Positions 63,980-64,000 of a stretch of 64,000 nucleotides of DNA are shown here, in pieces. This stretch comes from a virus (Duplodnaviria; Caudoviricetes). Each line of letters opens with the position of its first letter. Positions within the stretch are counted from its first letter, which is position 1. The notes beneath the pieces were generated by a model, which had not been told where the DNA came from, did no database searches, and saw only the letters and a program-made list of their open reading frames with translations. The DNA lies in IMG/VR virus record IMGVR_UViG_3300021978_000001, positions 256,001 to 320,000 of that record. One strand, 5' to 3'. The position numbers were made by a program, and so were the translations under genes.

Positions 63980-64000
63980 GGTTCCGATGCCCTTGATCAA

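Noticed and set aside
1-64000. Stop-codon reassignment
   Set aside because: Known genes translate full length and gene density is high under the standard code

Overview
This window looks like a 64 kb piece of a large (jumbo-type) dsDNA bacteriophage genome. It is gene-dense and moderately GC-rich, uses the standard code, and shows no capsid or terminase genes. 1-27.2 kb is a leftward replication/recombination module: a Rad50/SbcC-like ATPase split over separate genes around an Mre11/SbcD nuclease, beta clamp, PD-(D/E)XK nuclease, RecA, RuvC-like resolvase, SSB, Hc1-like protein, ParB-like protein, RecD2 with two LAGLIDADG inteins, class II RNR, Pol III delta and delta', and a KH protein. 27.2-28.9 kb is a repeat- and hairpin-rich non-coding region that is an origin candidate. 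28.9-35.1 kb holds a leftward HTH protein, a VWA/metallopeptidase, a MoxR AAA ATPase, a sigma70-like protein and an SLT transglycosylase. 35.1-64 kb is a mostly rightward early/accessory region of small genes (ECF sigma, Ro60/TROVE, SWIM, HExxH proteins, phosphoesterase, HAD, LPD29, paralog pairs). It is punctuated by 18 copies of one promoter motif (TTTACR-N12-TGTGG-TAnnRR) and a shared GTACG/ACGACA leader. The best novelty candidates are: (1) the promoter class lacking the -7 T, together with two phage sigma-like genes, one possibly virion-packaged; (2) a tripartite Rad50; (3) structured leaders on the Ro60 and SSB genes; (4) a family of proteins sharing a short R/K-x-A motif. All family assignments come from motif recognition by eye; no database searches were run.
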